Assembly: GCF_000737315.1 (NCBI RefSeq)
Contig: NZ_JMCB01000019.1
Span: 62,001-126,000, forward strand
DNA from: Hyalangium minutum
GTDB lineage: Bacteria; Myxococcota; Myxococcia; Myxococcales; Myxococcaceae
Direction: 5' to 3'
DNA: 64,000 nucleotides
The notes under the pieces are model-generated. The model was given only the letters and a program-made list of their open reading frames with translations, was not told the origin of the DNA and made no database searches. Positions 37,106 to 47,224 of the stretch are shown in pieces. Made by a program: the position numbers and the translations under genes. Each line of letters begins with the position of its first letter. Within the stretch, counting starts at the first letter, position 1.

Positions 37106-38908
37106 ATGAAGCGGTCTCATCGGAGAATCGCCCTCAGAGCAGGCTCGGTCTTGTCCACGCTGTGCCTGCTGGCCGGTTGCGGCACGGAGTCCGCGCAACC
37201 CGAGGCCCCGTCCGCGGTGGAGCAGGTGTCTCAGAACGCCGAGTCCTCCGCGCGCCCGCCCAAGCTGGCCAGCCTGGAGGCCGTGCCTCTGGCTGCGCTG
37301 GGCAGCGCCACCCCCAGCCTGGTGCGCGCCACGCTGGCGCCGGGCGAGTCCGCCACCACGCTGTCGCTCACCGGTGACGACGACAAGCCCTTCACGCTGA
37401 GCGACACCGGCACCGGGGGCGATGAGAAGGCGGGGGACGGCATCTTCTCCGGCCAGGGTGTGATCAACTTCGATCTGCACCGCAGCACCCAGGAGCGCAT
37501 CGCCGCGCTGACCCAGCAGTATGGCCCGCTCACCTACACCAAGTTTGATGATCGCGAGGTGGTGGGCGAGGAGCGGCTGGAGCCCCAGCCTCTGGGCGCG
37601 TTCTCCCCGACCGCGGCCGCCGCCATTCCGCTCAGGGCGCAGGGCGTGGCCGCGGCCATCAACCCGGCGCGCTCCCTCATCATCACCGACCCGGCCGTCA
37701 TCAATGATCCGACGCGGACCTACAATCCGTGCACCGGCGCGGGCAACCCCGCGGGCAAGTGGACGTTCAACCACCTGATGACGGAGATGGCCAACCAGCC
37801 GCTCACCGGCATCGCTCCCTCGGCGTTCGTCCTCAAGTGGCTCCAGCAGTGGTCGTACAACTACCCCGTCAATGGCTGGACGGTGCCGGCTCGGCCGAAC
37901 ATCAACCCGATGCTGCTCAACCTGTGGCCCAAGCTGAGCAACGGCCAGCTGGATTTGACGCGCTCGCCGTTCAAGCTGGTGGCCATCGTCAACCGGCCGG
38001 ACCTGGCCAGCTCGCGGGGCAATGGCGGTGGCTATGGCGGCGGCATGGTGGGCGAGCTGCGCTTCGTCTTCGCGGCGGTGGATCGCAGCTACTCGCGGTG
38101 CACCGTGCCCTTCCTGGTCATCCTCGAGTACCAGGTGCCGGTGACGACGTGCACGCAGGCGCGCACCTGGGGTCAGAAGTGGGTGAGCCTCACCTCGCAG
38201 GTGCCGGGCTCCAGCGCGTACAACTCTCTGCTGGAGTCGCTCACGCAGCAGGTGGTGTTGCGCAACGCCATGCCCTCGCGGCCCAACGGGAGTGCCATCA
38301 ACCAGGTGCGCAGCAACGAGAACTGGCTGTCTCCCATCTGGGAGGAGCGCGAGTTCCAGCTCTACTTCAGCGGCGCGAACCCGTCCGAGTTCTTCACGGG
38401 CCTGGCGCCGGGCAACCTGGCGGGGCACACGACGGCGCAGACGCCGCATGACTCGCTCAACGCTCTGCCGGTGCTGGACAGCTACGTGAACGCCGCGACC
38501 TGCCCGAACGTGGCCGCCAGCAACTTCACCATTCCCCTGCAGTGGCCCGCGAGCACCCACTTCAAGGGCGCCAACCCACAGATTCCTTCGGTCTCCACCA
38601 CCTTCTGGCAGCTGAACAACCCGGCCTCCATCACTCCGGCGGGCTGCGGCACGCCTGCGCGCTACCGGCTGTCGCTCAACACCTGCAATGGGTGCCACGC
38701 GCGGGAGACGAACACCCCGTTTACGCACATCAACCAGTTCGGTGGACTCTCGCCGCTGCTCACGTCCAGCCCGCTGGTGGTCAACGAGCCGCTCACGGGC
38801 ATTCCCCACACGTACAACGAGCCGGTGCGGCGCGCCCAGGTGCTGGATCAGCTCGCCAATCAGGTCTGCCCCACGTTCAGCCTGAACATCCCGCCCTTCA
38901 GCCACTGA
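37106..38908 (+). CDS. Lipoprotein with an EF-hand-like 'choice-of-anchor' motif and one CxxCH
   Basis: Lipobox LLAGC, LSDTGTGGDEKAGDGIFSG, GELRFVF, C-terminal CNGCH. Confidence 0.75.
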   Translation: MKRSHRRIALRAGSVLSTLCLLAGCGTESAQPEAPSAVEQVSQNAESSARPPKLASLEAVPLAALGSATPSLVRATLAPGESATTLSLTGDDDKPFTLSDTGTGGDEKAGDGIFSGQGVINFDLHRSTQERIAALTQQYGPLTYTKFDDREVVGEERLEPQPLGAFSPTAAAAIPLRAQGVAAAINPARSLIITDPAVINDPTRTYNPCTGAGNPAGKWTFNHLMTEMANQPLTGIAPSAFVLKWLQQWSYNYPVNGWTVPARPNINPMLLNLWPKLSNGQLDLTRSPFKLVAIVNRPDLASSRGNGGGYGGGMVGELRFVFAAVDRSYSRCTVPFLVILEYQVPVTTCTQARTWGQKWVSLTSQVPGSSAYNSLLESLTQQVVLRNAMPSRPNGSAINQVRSNENWLSPIWEEREFQLYFSGANPSEFFTGLAPGNLAGHTTAQTPHDSLNALPVLDSYVNAATCPNVAASNFTIPLQWPASTHFKGANPQIPSVSTTFWQLNNPASITPAGCGTPARYRLSLNTCNGCHARETNTPFTHINQFGGLSPLLTSSPLVVNEPLTGIPHTYNEPVRRAQVLDQLANQVCPTFSLNIPPFSH

Positions 38909-38924
38909 GCCCCGGAGAAATCGA

Positions 38925-38952
38925 GGCCTACCTCTCGCCCCAGAGGTAGGCC
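38925..38952. terminator. Perfect 11-bp stem hairpin between convergent genes
   Basis: GGCCTACCTCT-CGCCCC-AGAGGTAGGCC. Overlaps the Uma2 stop codon. Confidence 0.55.
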
Positions 38953-39482
38953 AAATCCAGCTCCAGAGCCTCGAAGGGCTCCGCACGTACACGGGCCAGC
39001 CCCGTGTGCGTGACGAGCAGCACGTAGCGCGTGCCCTCCAAGCGGAACACCTCCAGCGTGCGCGCTTCCGGGTCCATCAACCAGACGTGCCGCACGCCCT
39101 GGCGTGCGTAGAGGGGAAGCTTGAGTCCTCGGTCCAGGGCGGAGGTGGACGGGGAGAGCACTTCGCACACCCAGTCCGGAGCCAGAGTGAGCGCGGCGGT
39201 GCGCGGGGGCCGAGACAGGCGCTCCCGGCGCCAGCCCGCGAGTTCGGATACCAGGACGTCCTCACCGAAGTGCGGCTCGGGCTTAAAGAGGATGATCCAT
39301 CCTCCCGGCCCGCGACTGCCCTCATCGAACGCCACCACAAGCTTGGCGCCCACACGCGAGGCCGCGACCGTATGAGGCGTGGCGGGCCGGGGGCTGACGT
39401 GCAGTTCCCCATTGATGAGTTCCCCCATCACGTTCTCGGGCAACGCCTCCAGATCCGCGTAGGTGGCCGGCTTCTTTCCCAT
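38928..39482 (-). CDS. Uma2 family endonuclease-like protein
   Basis: ATY.DL, ELINGEL.VSPRP..PH, LAGWRRER, APDWVCEVLSPST..DRGLK..YA..GV..WL.DP. Start uncertain. Confidence 0.9.
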   Translation of the reverse strand: MGKKPATYADLEALPENVMGELINGELHVSPRPATPHTVAASRVGAKLVVAFDEGSRGPGGWIILFKPEPHFGEDVLVSELAGWRRERLSRPPRTAALTLAPDWVCEVLSPSTSALDRGLKLPLYARQGVRHVWLMDPEARTLEVFRLEGTRYVLLVTHTGLARVRAEPFEALELDLAYLWGER

Positions 39483-39636
39483 GACTTCCCCATGTTCCTC
39501 GACGCCCATCCCTGTTTCCATGGGAGGAGGACATAGCAACCCGGTCTGACGCTCCAGGTCTCCAGCCATGAACCTACCCTATCAGGTTGGCTGGGGGAAC
39601 GTGCCCCCAAAGCCACGGAGTGGGTAAAGTCATGGA

Positions 39637-40320
39637 ATGAGCATGACCCCGGTGGCATCACAAGCATTGGCCATGATTCTTGCCACCTTGCTCGTCTCCT
39701 GCAGCGTGACGCGCTCCGCAGAGATTGGCCCCTTGAGTCCACGGGAGCTGACGAAGTACGCGCTCGTTGTCGAGCAGCGCCCGGACGGGCAAGTCGCCTC
39801 CGCCTGGATCCCACTGAAGGAACTCGATCTGCCGAAGTACGCCCTGACCTCGAACAGGCTCGACACTTACCGGGAGATCGTACGGGTCTCCTCTTCGGGG
39901 TTGGGCGAGTATTGCGAGGGTCGGCACGATCAATGTCTGGAGGACTGTCTCAGCAGCCCCAAGCCCTTCGTGATTGGAGGCCGCAAGTACATGGACACCC
40001 AAGCTCAGCCATGGCGCAACGCCCGGGGATGGTGGTGCTCGAGCAACTGCCTGGAGGAGATGATCCGGTGCAAAAAGGGCCGCGGTGAATGGGCGGACCA
40101 GTATGCCCGGTTCGATGCGATCGACCCGGCCATCGACTGGATCAAGCGGCATCGTGAGGAACTCGCCGTGGGCACCGCCGTGGTCATTGCCGGCGTGACT
40201 TTCGCCGTCGTCGCTGTGGGTACAGGAGGAGCGGCCCTCGTGCTGATACCGCTGTTGATCCTGGCCGAAAGTTCCTCGGAGCCCCCGGCCGACGCTCGGC
40301 TCGCGGAGGCGTGGCGGTGA
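39637..40320 (+). CDS. Lipoprotein with Cys-rich core and hydrophobic C-terminal hairpin
   Basis: Lipobox LLVSC, C-x6-C-x3-C and WWC-x3-C-x6-C motifs, long hydrophobic C-terminal stretch. Confidence 0.7.
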   Translation: MSMTPVASQALAMILATLLVSCSVTRSAEIGPLSPRELTKYALVVEQRPDGQVASAWIPLKELDLPKYALTSNRLDTYREIVRVSSSGLGEYCEGRHDQCLEDCLSSPKPFVIGGRKYMDTQAQPWRNARGWWCSSNCLEEMIRCKKGRGEWADQYARFDAIDPAIDWIKRHREELAVGTAVVIAGVTFAVVAVGTGGAALVLIPLLILAESSSEPPADARLAEAWR

Positions 40321-41153
40321 ACGCCTTTGAAGCGCTCACCCAGGCCGAGGCCTTCATCGCGCTCGGGCGGCAAGCCGCGCACGTGAACGGCCAGGAAGCG
40401 GAAGAGCAGCTCTGGCTCTACCTGCGCGCGCTCTGCCACTTCATCCGTGTGACAGGTCAGGTCTACCGGTTCGAGGATGCCCTCGCCGCTGCCACTCCGG
40501 GGGAGCCGCTGCACCTCGGTGCACACCTCGGCTTGCAAGAAGGCTCTTTCGCGCAGCGGGCGGCGGAGCTGCTGCTCCGCAGGGTGTACACACCCGCAGA
40601 ACCTCAGCAGCCCATCCGCCTGCTCATCACCCTCCTCCACTTCCTCTCGGAGACCGGACAGCTCGGTGATGCCGAGGACTTCTTTCTCCACCATCTGGAA
40701 GCCCCCCCCATGGCCATCGCGCAGTTCCGCAGCCTTGAGGAGGCCGAAGGATGGCTGAAAGGCGTCGCAGACCCTCCCAGCCCGGCCTACATCCTCATCG
40801 GCGATGAGTATTACCAATTCTGGTATCGGCGCGAGGACCAGACGCGAGGCCTGTACCGCGACTACCCCATCGCGGCGGAGCTGGAGGCCTTGACCGCTGG
40901 AGGGATTCCGCCTCACACGCCTTCCTTCGCGACCCGCCCCGAGGCGGAGGATTGGTTGAAGAACCACCCCACCCAGCCCTACACCTTTGTCTCGATCGCA
41001 GGTGAGCACTACCTCGCGGTCAACCACCAGAGGCTGAAGCGCCACTCTCTCCACCATGTCGCGTCGGCCTTGAAGCTCTGGGAGGAGCACAAGCGGGCCT
41101 TGGAACGTGAGTCAGGCTCGGCCCCGGGGGAGCCCCCCTTCAACCCCCAGTAG
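40317..41153 (+). CDS. Cytoplasmic partner protein with an internal duplication
   Basis: GTG overlaps the upstream TGA (GTGA 40317-40320). No signal peptide. Two F....EA..WLK..P....I.G/D.Y modules. Confidence 0.7.
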   Translation: MNAFEALTQAEAFIALGRQAAHVNGQEAEEQLWLYLRALCHFIRVTGQVYRFEDALAAATPGEPLHLGAHLGLQEGSFAQRAAELLLRRVYTPAEPQQPIRLLITLLHFLSETGQLGDAEDFFLHHLEAPPMAIAQFRSLEEAEGWLKGVADPPSPAYILIGDEYYQFWYRREDQTRGLYRDYPIAAELEALTAGGIPPHTPSFATRPEAEDWLKNHPTQPYTFVSIAGEHYLAVNHQRLKRHSLHHVASALKLWEEHKRALERESGSAPGEPPFNPQ

Positions 41154-41176
41154 AGGCTCGGCCATACTGGAGGCCC

Positions 41177-42553
41177 ATGAGCCCCCTCTTCCTCTCCCTC
41201 CTCCTCGCCGCGGCGCCCTCGGCCCAACAGGCCCAGAAGCTCGCCCAGAGCAAGTCCTGGGAGGATCTCTACCTCGCCTACTCCGCCGCCGATCCCAAGG
41301 GCTACTCGGAGGCCGATCGCAAGGCCATCGCCGCTCCCCTCCTCAAGGGCTGCGAGGCGCTCGTCGCTGGTGACGCCGTCATGGCCTACTCCCTGGGCGA
41401 GCGCTCCGTCGCCTTCGAGGAGTCCCCCGGCGGCCTGCGCTGCCTCGCCCGCGCCGCCCTCAGCACGGATCAGCGCGGCACCGCCGAGGAGGCCCTCCGC
41501 AAGGGGCTCGCCAACTACCCCAAGGAGGGCGCCTTCGGCCTCGAGCTCGGCAAGCTCCTCATCGGCGACAAGGACGGCCCCGGCGCCATCGCCGCCCTCG
41601 AGAAGGTCCCCCCCCGCTCCCCCCAGGCCGCCGAGGCCAAGAAGCTCCTCCAGAAGGCCCGCAGCCTCTCCGCCGAGCAGTCCCAGGCCCGCGCCGAGGC
41701 CGAGCAGCTCGAGCGCCGCCTCAATGGCGGCGAAGGGCCCTCCCGCGGCAAGACGAAGCCCGCCGTCGCCCAGGCTCCCGATGACGGCGACACCCGCCCC
41801 GCCAGCCTCACCTACGAGTCCGGCGTCGGCGAGGACGGCATGCGCACCCGCTCCAACCGTCGCTTCGTCATGAAGTACTTCAACAACAACCGCGACTTCG
41901 GCCAGCGCGCCGAGTACGAGGGCCGCGTCGTCGCCGCCCTCGAAGCGGCCTACGAGCACACCCTCGGCATCCTCGGCGAGGCCCGCGAAACCCCCGTGGA
42001 CGTCATCCTCTACACCCGCGAGGAGTTCCGCACCCACCAGGGCGCCTCGCTGGCCCGCTCCGCCGCCGGCCTGTACTCGGACGGCGCCATCCGCATCAAC
42101 GGCGGCGCCGAGCTCACCGAGCAGACCCAGGCCACCCTCGTCCACGAGTACGTCCACGCCGCCGTGGACGAGCTGTGCGGCGGCAGCCACCAGCTGCCTA
42201 CCTGGCTCAACGAGGGCCTCGCCGAGTACATCGAGTGGCGCTACCTCGGCGGCGATGGCCCCCCCATCGTCGTCGGCAACGCGCTCCGGGGTGCCGCCCG
42301 AAGCGGCCGGCTCCCCAGCCTCAGCGCCCTGGCCCAGGGCATGCTCATCCAGACGGCCGACCCGGGCCTGGCCTATGCGACCTCGGCGGTAGCCGTCCGG
42401 GAGCTGATGCGGCGCGGGGGGGCCCCTCGCCTGCTCACCCTCCTGCGCGAGGTAGGCCAGGGCACCCCCTTCGAGCAGGCCCTCCGGGCCCACTACGGGA
42501 TGGACGTGGCAAAGCTGGACGAGGACCTCAAAGCGGCCCTCTCCCAGAGGTAG
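41177..42553 (+). CDS. Secreted TPR plus zinc metallopeptidase (MA/gluzincin-like)
   Basis: Signal peptide LLLAAAP, TPR-like helices, HEYVH followed by WLNEGLAEY. Confidence 0.85.
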   Translation: MSPLFLSLLLAAAPSAQQAQKLAQSKSWEDLYLAYSAADPKGYSEADRKAIAAPLLKGCEALVAGDAVMAYSLGERSVAFEESPGGLRCLARAALSTDQRGTAEEALRKGLANYPKEGAFGLELGKLLIGDKDGPGAIAALEKVPPRSPQAAEAKKLLQKARSLSAEQSQARAEAEQLERRLNGGEGPSRGKTKPAVAQAPDDGDTRPASLTYESGVGEDGMRTRSNRRFVMKYFNNNRDFGQRAEYEGRVVAALEAAYEHTLGILGEARETPVDVILYTREEFRTHQGASLARSAAGLYSDGAIRINGGAELTEQTQATLVHEYVHAAVDELCGGSHQLPTWLNEGLAEYIEWRYLGGDGPPIVVGNALRGAARSGRLPSLSALAQGMLIQTADPGLAYATSAVAVRELMRRGGAPRLLTLLREVGQGTPFEQALRAHYGMDVAKLDEDLKAALSQR

Positions 42554-42686
42554 CGGCCGATCGAGCCAATCTGGTCCGTTTACCGGTTGCCGAGACTCTC
42601 CTACACTCTTCGCCTTCAAATTTGCGCTTCAGGCGTTCTGGCGGGAACCTCCCCCTGCCACGCCATACCCGTAGCCAGGTGGACGG

Positions 42687-45600
42687 ATGTCCGACACGCG
42701 CGCGTCGATGAGAGAGTTTCGCTTCCTCGACGAGAAGCGAAAGATGGGGAGCCTTTCCCCCACAGAGGAGGCTCGCTGGACCGAGCTGCGTGGACTCCTG
42801 GGAGTCCAGGACGCGCCGGTGCAGGAGCCAGCCGCGGCAGCGCCATACGCGCAGCCCCAGGGCTACTACGGCGCCGACGGCCAGTGGTACGCCGCTCCCG
42901 CCGAGGCCCAGCCTCAGGGCTACTACGGCGCCGATGGCCAGTGGTACGCCGCCCCGGCCCCGTATCCGCAGCCGCAGGGCTACTACGGCCAGGACGGCCA
43001 GTGGTACCCCTACCCCGCGCCCGCGTATCCGCAGCAGGGCTACGATCCGAACCAGGCCTACGCCGCTGCCTACCCGCAGCAGGGCTACGATCCGAACCAG
43101 GCCTACGCCGCTGCCTACCCGCAGCAGGGCTATCCGCAGCAGGGCTACCCGCAGCAGGGCTACGACCCGAACCAGGCCTACGCCGCCTACCCGCAGCAGG
43201 GTTATCCGCAGCAGGCCTACGATCCGAACCAGGCCTACGCCGCCTATCCGCAGCAGGGTTATCCGCAGCAGGCATACGATCCGAACCAGGCCTACGCTGC
43301 CGCCTACCCGCAGCAGGGCTACGATCCCAACGCCGCGGCCTACGATCCGAACCAGGGCTACGTAGCCCCGGCCGAGGCGCCGCAGGCCTACGACGCCCAG
43401 GCCTATGCCGCTCCGGGCTACGCCACGCAGGGCCAGTACCCGGCGGATCCGCAGCAGGCTTACGCCGCTGACTACGCGCAGCCGTATGACCCGGCGCAAG
43501 CCCAGGTCCAGGAAGCCTGGACCACCACTGCAGAGCCCACTTACGAGCCGGCCGCTTCCGAGCCGGCGGCGCCCCTTGCTGGTGCGGAAGAGGTCGATTT
43601 CACCGCGCTAAGCACGCCCACGTCCTGGAGCCCTCCCGAGGAGCCCGCTCCGGCTGCGGCAGAGCCGGAGGCCCCTCAGGCGGTGGAGGCGGATGACTTC
43701 GTCGAGGTGTCCGCCGATGAGGTGACGTCGGTGGAAGAGGCGCCGGAGCCGGTGGCCTCCTTCGAGGAGCCAGCCCCCGAGCTCTCGGCAGTATCTGCAC
43801 AGCCAGTTCCGGAACCCACTCCCGAGCCCTCCTTCGCGTCGCTCAGTGGCGGCTTCGAGGCCGAGCCCACTCCCGTGAGCGAGGAGGCCGCAACCCCCGT
43901 TGAGGAGGCTGTGGAGGCTGTGGAGGCTGTGGAGGCTGTGGAGGCTGTGGAGGCCGCGGAGCCCATTGAACTGGGCTCGGATGATGTCTCGCTGATCGAT
44001 AGCGAGGTGGAGCAAGTCGAGCCCGAGCCTGAGCCCGTGGCGCCGTTCGCCGCAGAGGCTGCTCTCGAAGCGCCTGCGCCTCAGCCCACCTCTGAGGTGG
44101 TGCTGGAGACCTCCTTCGCCGATGTCGCCGTCGAAGAGGCCGCGCCCCTGCCCGAGCCTCAAGCCACGTTCCAGACGGAGCCTCAGCCCACATTCGAGCT
44201 TCCGCCGGAGCCAGAGCCGCAGCCAACGTTCGAGCTTCAGCCCGAGCCGGAGCCGCAGCCAACGTTCGAGCTTCAGCCCGAGCCAGAGCCGCAGCCAACG
44301 TTCGAGCTTCCACCGGAGCCGGAGCCGCAGCCGACGTTCGAGGCTCAGCCAGAGCCCGAGCCACAGCCGACCTTCGAGGCTCAGCCAGAGCCGGAGCCGC
44401 AGCCGACGTTCGAGCTTCCGCCGGAGCCAGAGCCCCTCGCCGCCATGCCGGTCGAGGAGCTGTCGATCGACGATGTGCAGCCGGAGCCTCCGGCCGTCCC
44501 TCTGCCCCCGTCCATGGACGCCGCGGCCGATGCCATTCCGGAAGCGGAGATCTCGCTCACGTCTTCGGACATGTTCGAGGAGGCGCCCGCGGCTCCTGTG
44601 CTCGAAGCCGCGCCCATCGAGACCGCACCTCAAGAGCCCGCCAGTGCTGACGTGCCCACCTTCGAGGCTTCCGAGCTCTCGATGGAGCCGGCGGCCCCCG
44701 AGGACTCCGTGGCCTCGGCGCCTGCCGCCGCCGAAGAGCCCACGTTCGACGTGGCGGATCTCGGTGCCGAGATCGAGCCTCCCGCTCCGGCCATGGCCAT
44801 CAGCATCGAGCCCCCATCGCTCGAGCTGCGCTCCGTGCAGGTCGGGCCGGACCTGCAGGCGGATACCATCGAGCTCACCGAGGACGCCATCGAGTCCTCT
44901 CCCCAGGCGGCCGCCCCCGCCGCACTCACTGTGCCCTGGGAGACCGAGACCACCGACTCTCCTTCGCCCGAGTTCCAGGCGCCCCACGCTCCCGCCAACG
45001 TCGAGGACGTCGATCTATCGGGCAACCCCGAGGAGTCCGTTCCGCTCGCGACCAACGCGGACTTCGTGCCCGGCATGACGGACAGCGCGGCCTGGCAGTC
45101 GGACCGGTCCATCGAGCTCTCCTCGGAGGCCGCGCCCGAGACGGGCAGTGACGTCATCGAGCTGACCGAGGCGTCCATCGAGCCGCCGCCCGCTGCCATT
45201 CCCGCGCAGGACGGCTGGAGCGCCGAGCTGACGGCCCAGGAGGCTGTTCCCTCCACGTCGGCGGACGGGTGGAGCGAGCAGGCTCCCCAGGACAGCTCCT
45301 GGTCCGAGGCCCCGGCCCAGCAGGCCCTGTCCTCCGAGTGGAACGCCACGCCCGAGAACACCGAGAGCGCGCCGCCCGCCTGGAGCGCGCCGGAACAGGC
45401 GCAGGACGACCAGCCCGTTCTCGAAGCCACGCCCGCGGATCAGGATCAGCCCTGGTCTGCCCAGCCCGAACCCGCCGCTCAAGGCGAGTGGTCCCCCAGC
45501 ACGCCGCAGGACACGGGCTGGCAGGAGCAGGCCCCCGCCGCCGAGACGCCGGGCTGGGAGGCCCTGCCCGTGGACTCCGCGCAGGAGTTCGACGCCGTCC

Positions 45601-47135
45601 CGCAGCCAGAGGCCGCACAGGCCCCAGCGCCCGCGCAGGAACTGCAGCCGGTCGAAGAGCTTCAGCCTGCCGAGGAGCTTCAGCCTGCCGAGGAGCTTCA
45701 GCCTGCCGAGGAGCTTCAGCCCATCCAGGAGCTTCAGCCTGCCGAGGAGCTTCAGCCCATCCAGGAGGCGGAGCCCGCCCAGGAGTGGACGGAGCAAGTG
45801 CCTCCTGCTCCCCCGCAGCAGCCCGAGCGCGCCGAGTGGGCCGAGCCCGAGCCCGAGTGGATCAATGATCCGCCGCAGCGCGACGTGTTCGGAGAGACCA
45901 CCGAGATCAGCAAGCTCTCCGGTGAGCAGGATGAGTACGCGCCTCGGGAGCAGTGGCCCGAGGGGCCCAGCCCCTTCGCCAGGTCCATGGATGATATGGG
46001 CACGGGTCACGTGCAACAGCGGCCCTACCCGGCGGACTCGACGGCCTTCGACGCTCCGATGCAAGAGCTCTCCGGCGAGCCGGACTTCGCCGCGGACACC
46101 CACGCCCCGCCGCCTCCGCCCGTCGCGGCCACCGAGGCCGAGCCCATCGACGTCTCCTTCGATGACGCTCCGCCGCCCCCGCCCGTAGCGGCCACTGAAG
46201 CCGAGCCCATCGACGTCTCTTTCGACGACGCTCCGCCGCCTCCGCCCGTCGCGGCCACCGAGGCCGAGCCCATCGACGTCTCCTTCGACGACGTGCCGCC
46301 GCCTCCGCCGGCCGCGGCCGCGGAGATGCCCGTGGTGGAGCTCGGCGAGGTCGAGTTCAGCGAGGAGCCTGCCCCGGCGCCTGCCGCCGCCATTCCTCTG
46401 CCGCCGCCTCCGCCTGCCGCCGCCATTGCCCTGCCGCCGCCTGCTCCAGCAGCAGCTCGCGCCGCTCCGGCTCCTGCGCCCCGGGTGGCAGCTCCTCCTC
46501 CGCCCCCTGCGGCGGCCCGCGCCACTCCGCTCCCGGCCATGCCGGCGCCGGGCGTGGCACGTCCCTCGGCTGCGGGCATGCAGGCCATGAACGCGGCCTC
46601 CCTGCCTCCGGCCGCGCCCGCACGGGCCCCTGCCATGGCGATGGCGCCGCCGCCGCCGCCCCGCGCCGCGGCTCAGGCCGACAGCGCCGTGGCCCACGAG
46701 GAGATTCCGCTCTTCGAGCCCCTGGGAGTGCCGCTCTCGCCCAACACCTCCGCACAGGCCTCATGCTTCGTGGAGGGTGAGCACCGCGTCATCATCCACA
46801 CCATCGAAGGCCAGGTGAAGCGCGGCATCATCCGCGACGTGGACTTGCTGGACGAGACGATCGCGCTCGAGCAGCAGACCGGCTTCGCCCCCGAGCGCAT
46901 CCCTGGCAAGCGCGTGAAGGCCATCTTCTTCATGCTCCCGGCCGGCGCGCGCCAGCCGCAGGCCGAGGGCCAGAAGGTCCGCGTCACCTTCAGCGACGGC
47001 CGGCAGATGGCGGGCTTCTCGCGCGACTTCAGCGGGGGCGCTCAGGGCTTCTTCTTCACCCCGGCCGACAACCGCACCAACACGGCGCGCATCTTCGTCT
47101 ACCGCTCCAACGTGCAGGCCGTCGCCGAGGGCTAG
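42687..47135 (+). CDS. 1482-aa repeat-rich disordered protein with conserved globular termini
   Basis: N-terminal helix [11 protein letters not shown]...EEARW.EL, QGY repeats, Pro/Glu/Ala repeats, and a C-terminal two-part beta domain ([14 protein letters not shown]...VKAIFF; [20 protein letters not shown]; DUF6982-like from recall). Confidence 0.85.
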   Translation: MSDTRASMREFRFLDEKRKMGSLSPTEEARWTELRGLLGVQDAPVQEPAAAAPYAQPQGYYGADGQWYAAPAEAQPQGYYGADGQWYAAPAPYPQPQGYYGQDGQWYPYPAPAYPQQGYDPNQAYAAAYPQQGYDPNQAYAAAYPQQGYPQQGYPQQGYDPNQAYAAYPQQGYPQQAYDPNQAYAAYPQQGYPQQAYDPNQAYAAAYPQQGYDPNAAAYDPNQGYVAPAEAPQAYDAQAYAAPGYATQGQYPADPQQAYAADYAQPYDPAQAQVQEAWTTTAEPTYEPAASEPAAPLAGAEEVDFTALSTPTSWSPPEEPAPAAAEPEAPQAVEADDFVEVSADEVTSVEEAPEPVASFEEPAPELSAVSAQPVPEPTPEPSFASLSGGFEAEPTPVSEEAATPVEEAVEAVEAVEAVEAVEAAEPIELGSDDVSLIDSEVEQVEPEPEPVAPFAAEAALEAPAPQPTSEVVLETSFADVAVEEAAPLPEPQATFQTEPQPTFELPPEPEPQPTFELQPEPEPQPTFELQPEPEPQPTFELPPEPEPQPTFEAQPEPEPQPTFEAQPEPEPQPTFELPPEPEPLAAMPVEELSIDDVQPEPPAVPLPPSMDAAADAIPEAEISLTSSDMFEEAPAAPVLEAAPIETAPQEPASADVPTFEASELSMEPAAPEDSVASAPAAAEEPTFDVADLGAEIEPPAPAMAISIEPPSLELRSVQVGPDLQADTIELTEDAIESSPQAAAPAALTVPWETETTDSPSPEFQAPHAPANVEDVDLSGNPEESVPLATNADFVPGMTDSAAWQSDRSIELSSEAAPETGSDVIELTEASIEPPPAAIPAQDGWSAELTAQEAVPSTSADGWSEQAPQDSSWSEAPAQQALSSEWNATPENTESAPPAWSAPEQAQDDQPVLEATPADQDQPWSAQPEPAAQGEWSPSTPQDTGWQEQAPAAETPGWEALPVDSAQEFDAVPQPEAAQAPAPAQELQPVEELQPAEELQPAEELQPAEELQPIQELQPAEELQPIQEAEPAQEWTEQVPPAPPQQPERAEWAEPEPEWINDPPQRDVFGETTEISKLSGEQDEYAPREQWPEGPSPFARSMDDMGTGHVQQRPYPADSTAFDAPMQELSGEPDFAADTHAPPPPPVAATEAEPIDVSFDDAPPPPPVAATEAEPIDVSFDDAPPPPPVAATEAEPIDVSFDDVPPPPPAAAAEMPVVELGEVEFSEEPAPAPAAAIPLPPPPPAAAIALPPPAPAAARAAPAPAPRVAAPPPPPAAARATPLPAMPAPGVARPSAAGMQAMNAASLPPAAPARAPAMAMAPPPPPRAAAQADSAVAHEEIPLFEPLGVPLSPNTSAQASCFVEGEHRVIIHTIEGQVKRGIIRDVDLLDETIALEQQTGFAPERIPGKRVKAIFFMLPAGARQPQAEGQKVRVTFSDGRQMAGFSRDFSGGAQGFFFTPADNRTNTARIFVYRSNVQAVAEG
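43905..43949 (+). repeat. 5 x 9-bp GAGGCTGTG (EAV) tandem repeat
   Basis: Five perfect copies read directly. Confidence 0.9.
44176..44433 (+). repeat. About 7 x 36-bp coding repeat ([12 protein letters not shown])
   Basis: Seven QPTFE units in the translation. Confidence 0.85.
45637..45765 (+). repeat. About 7 x 18-bp coding repeat (ELQPAE)
   Basis: GAGGAGCTTCAGCCTGCC units. Confidence 0.85.
46104..46292 (+). repeat. 3 x 63-bp coding repeat ([21 protein letters not shown])
   Basis: Units start at 46104, 46167 and 46230. Confidence 0.9.
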
Positions 47136-47168
47136 CCCGCCGCACCGGAGCTCCCGCCCGCAACGACA

Positions 47169-47195
47169 GAGGGGCCTCGAACTCCGAGGCCCCTC
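47169..47195. terminator. Perfect 11-bp stem hairpin between convergent genes
   Basis: GAGGGGCCTCG-AACTC-CGAGGCCCCTC. Confidence 0.65.
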
Positions 47196-47224
47196 CGGGA
47201 ACAGCTCTGCGCAGCGAACCGGTG

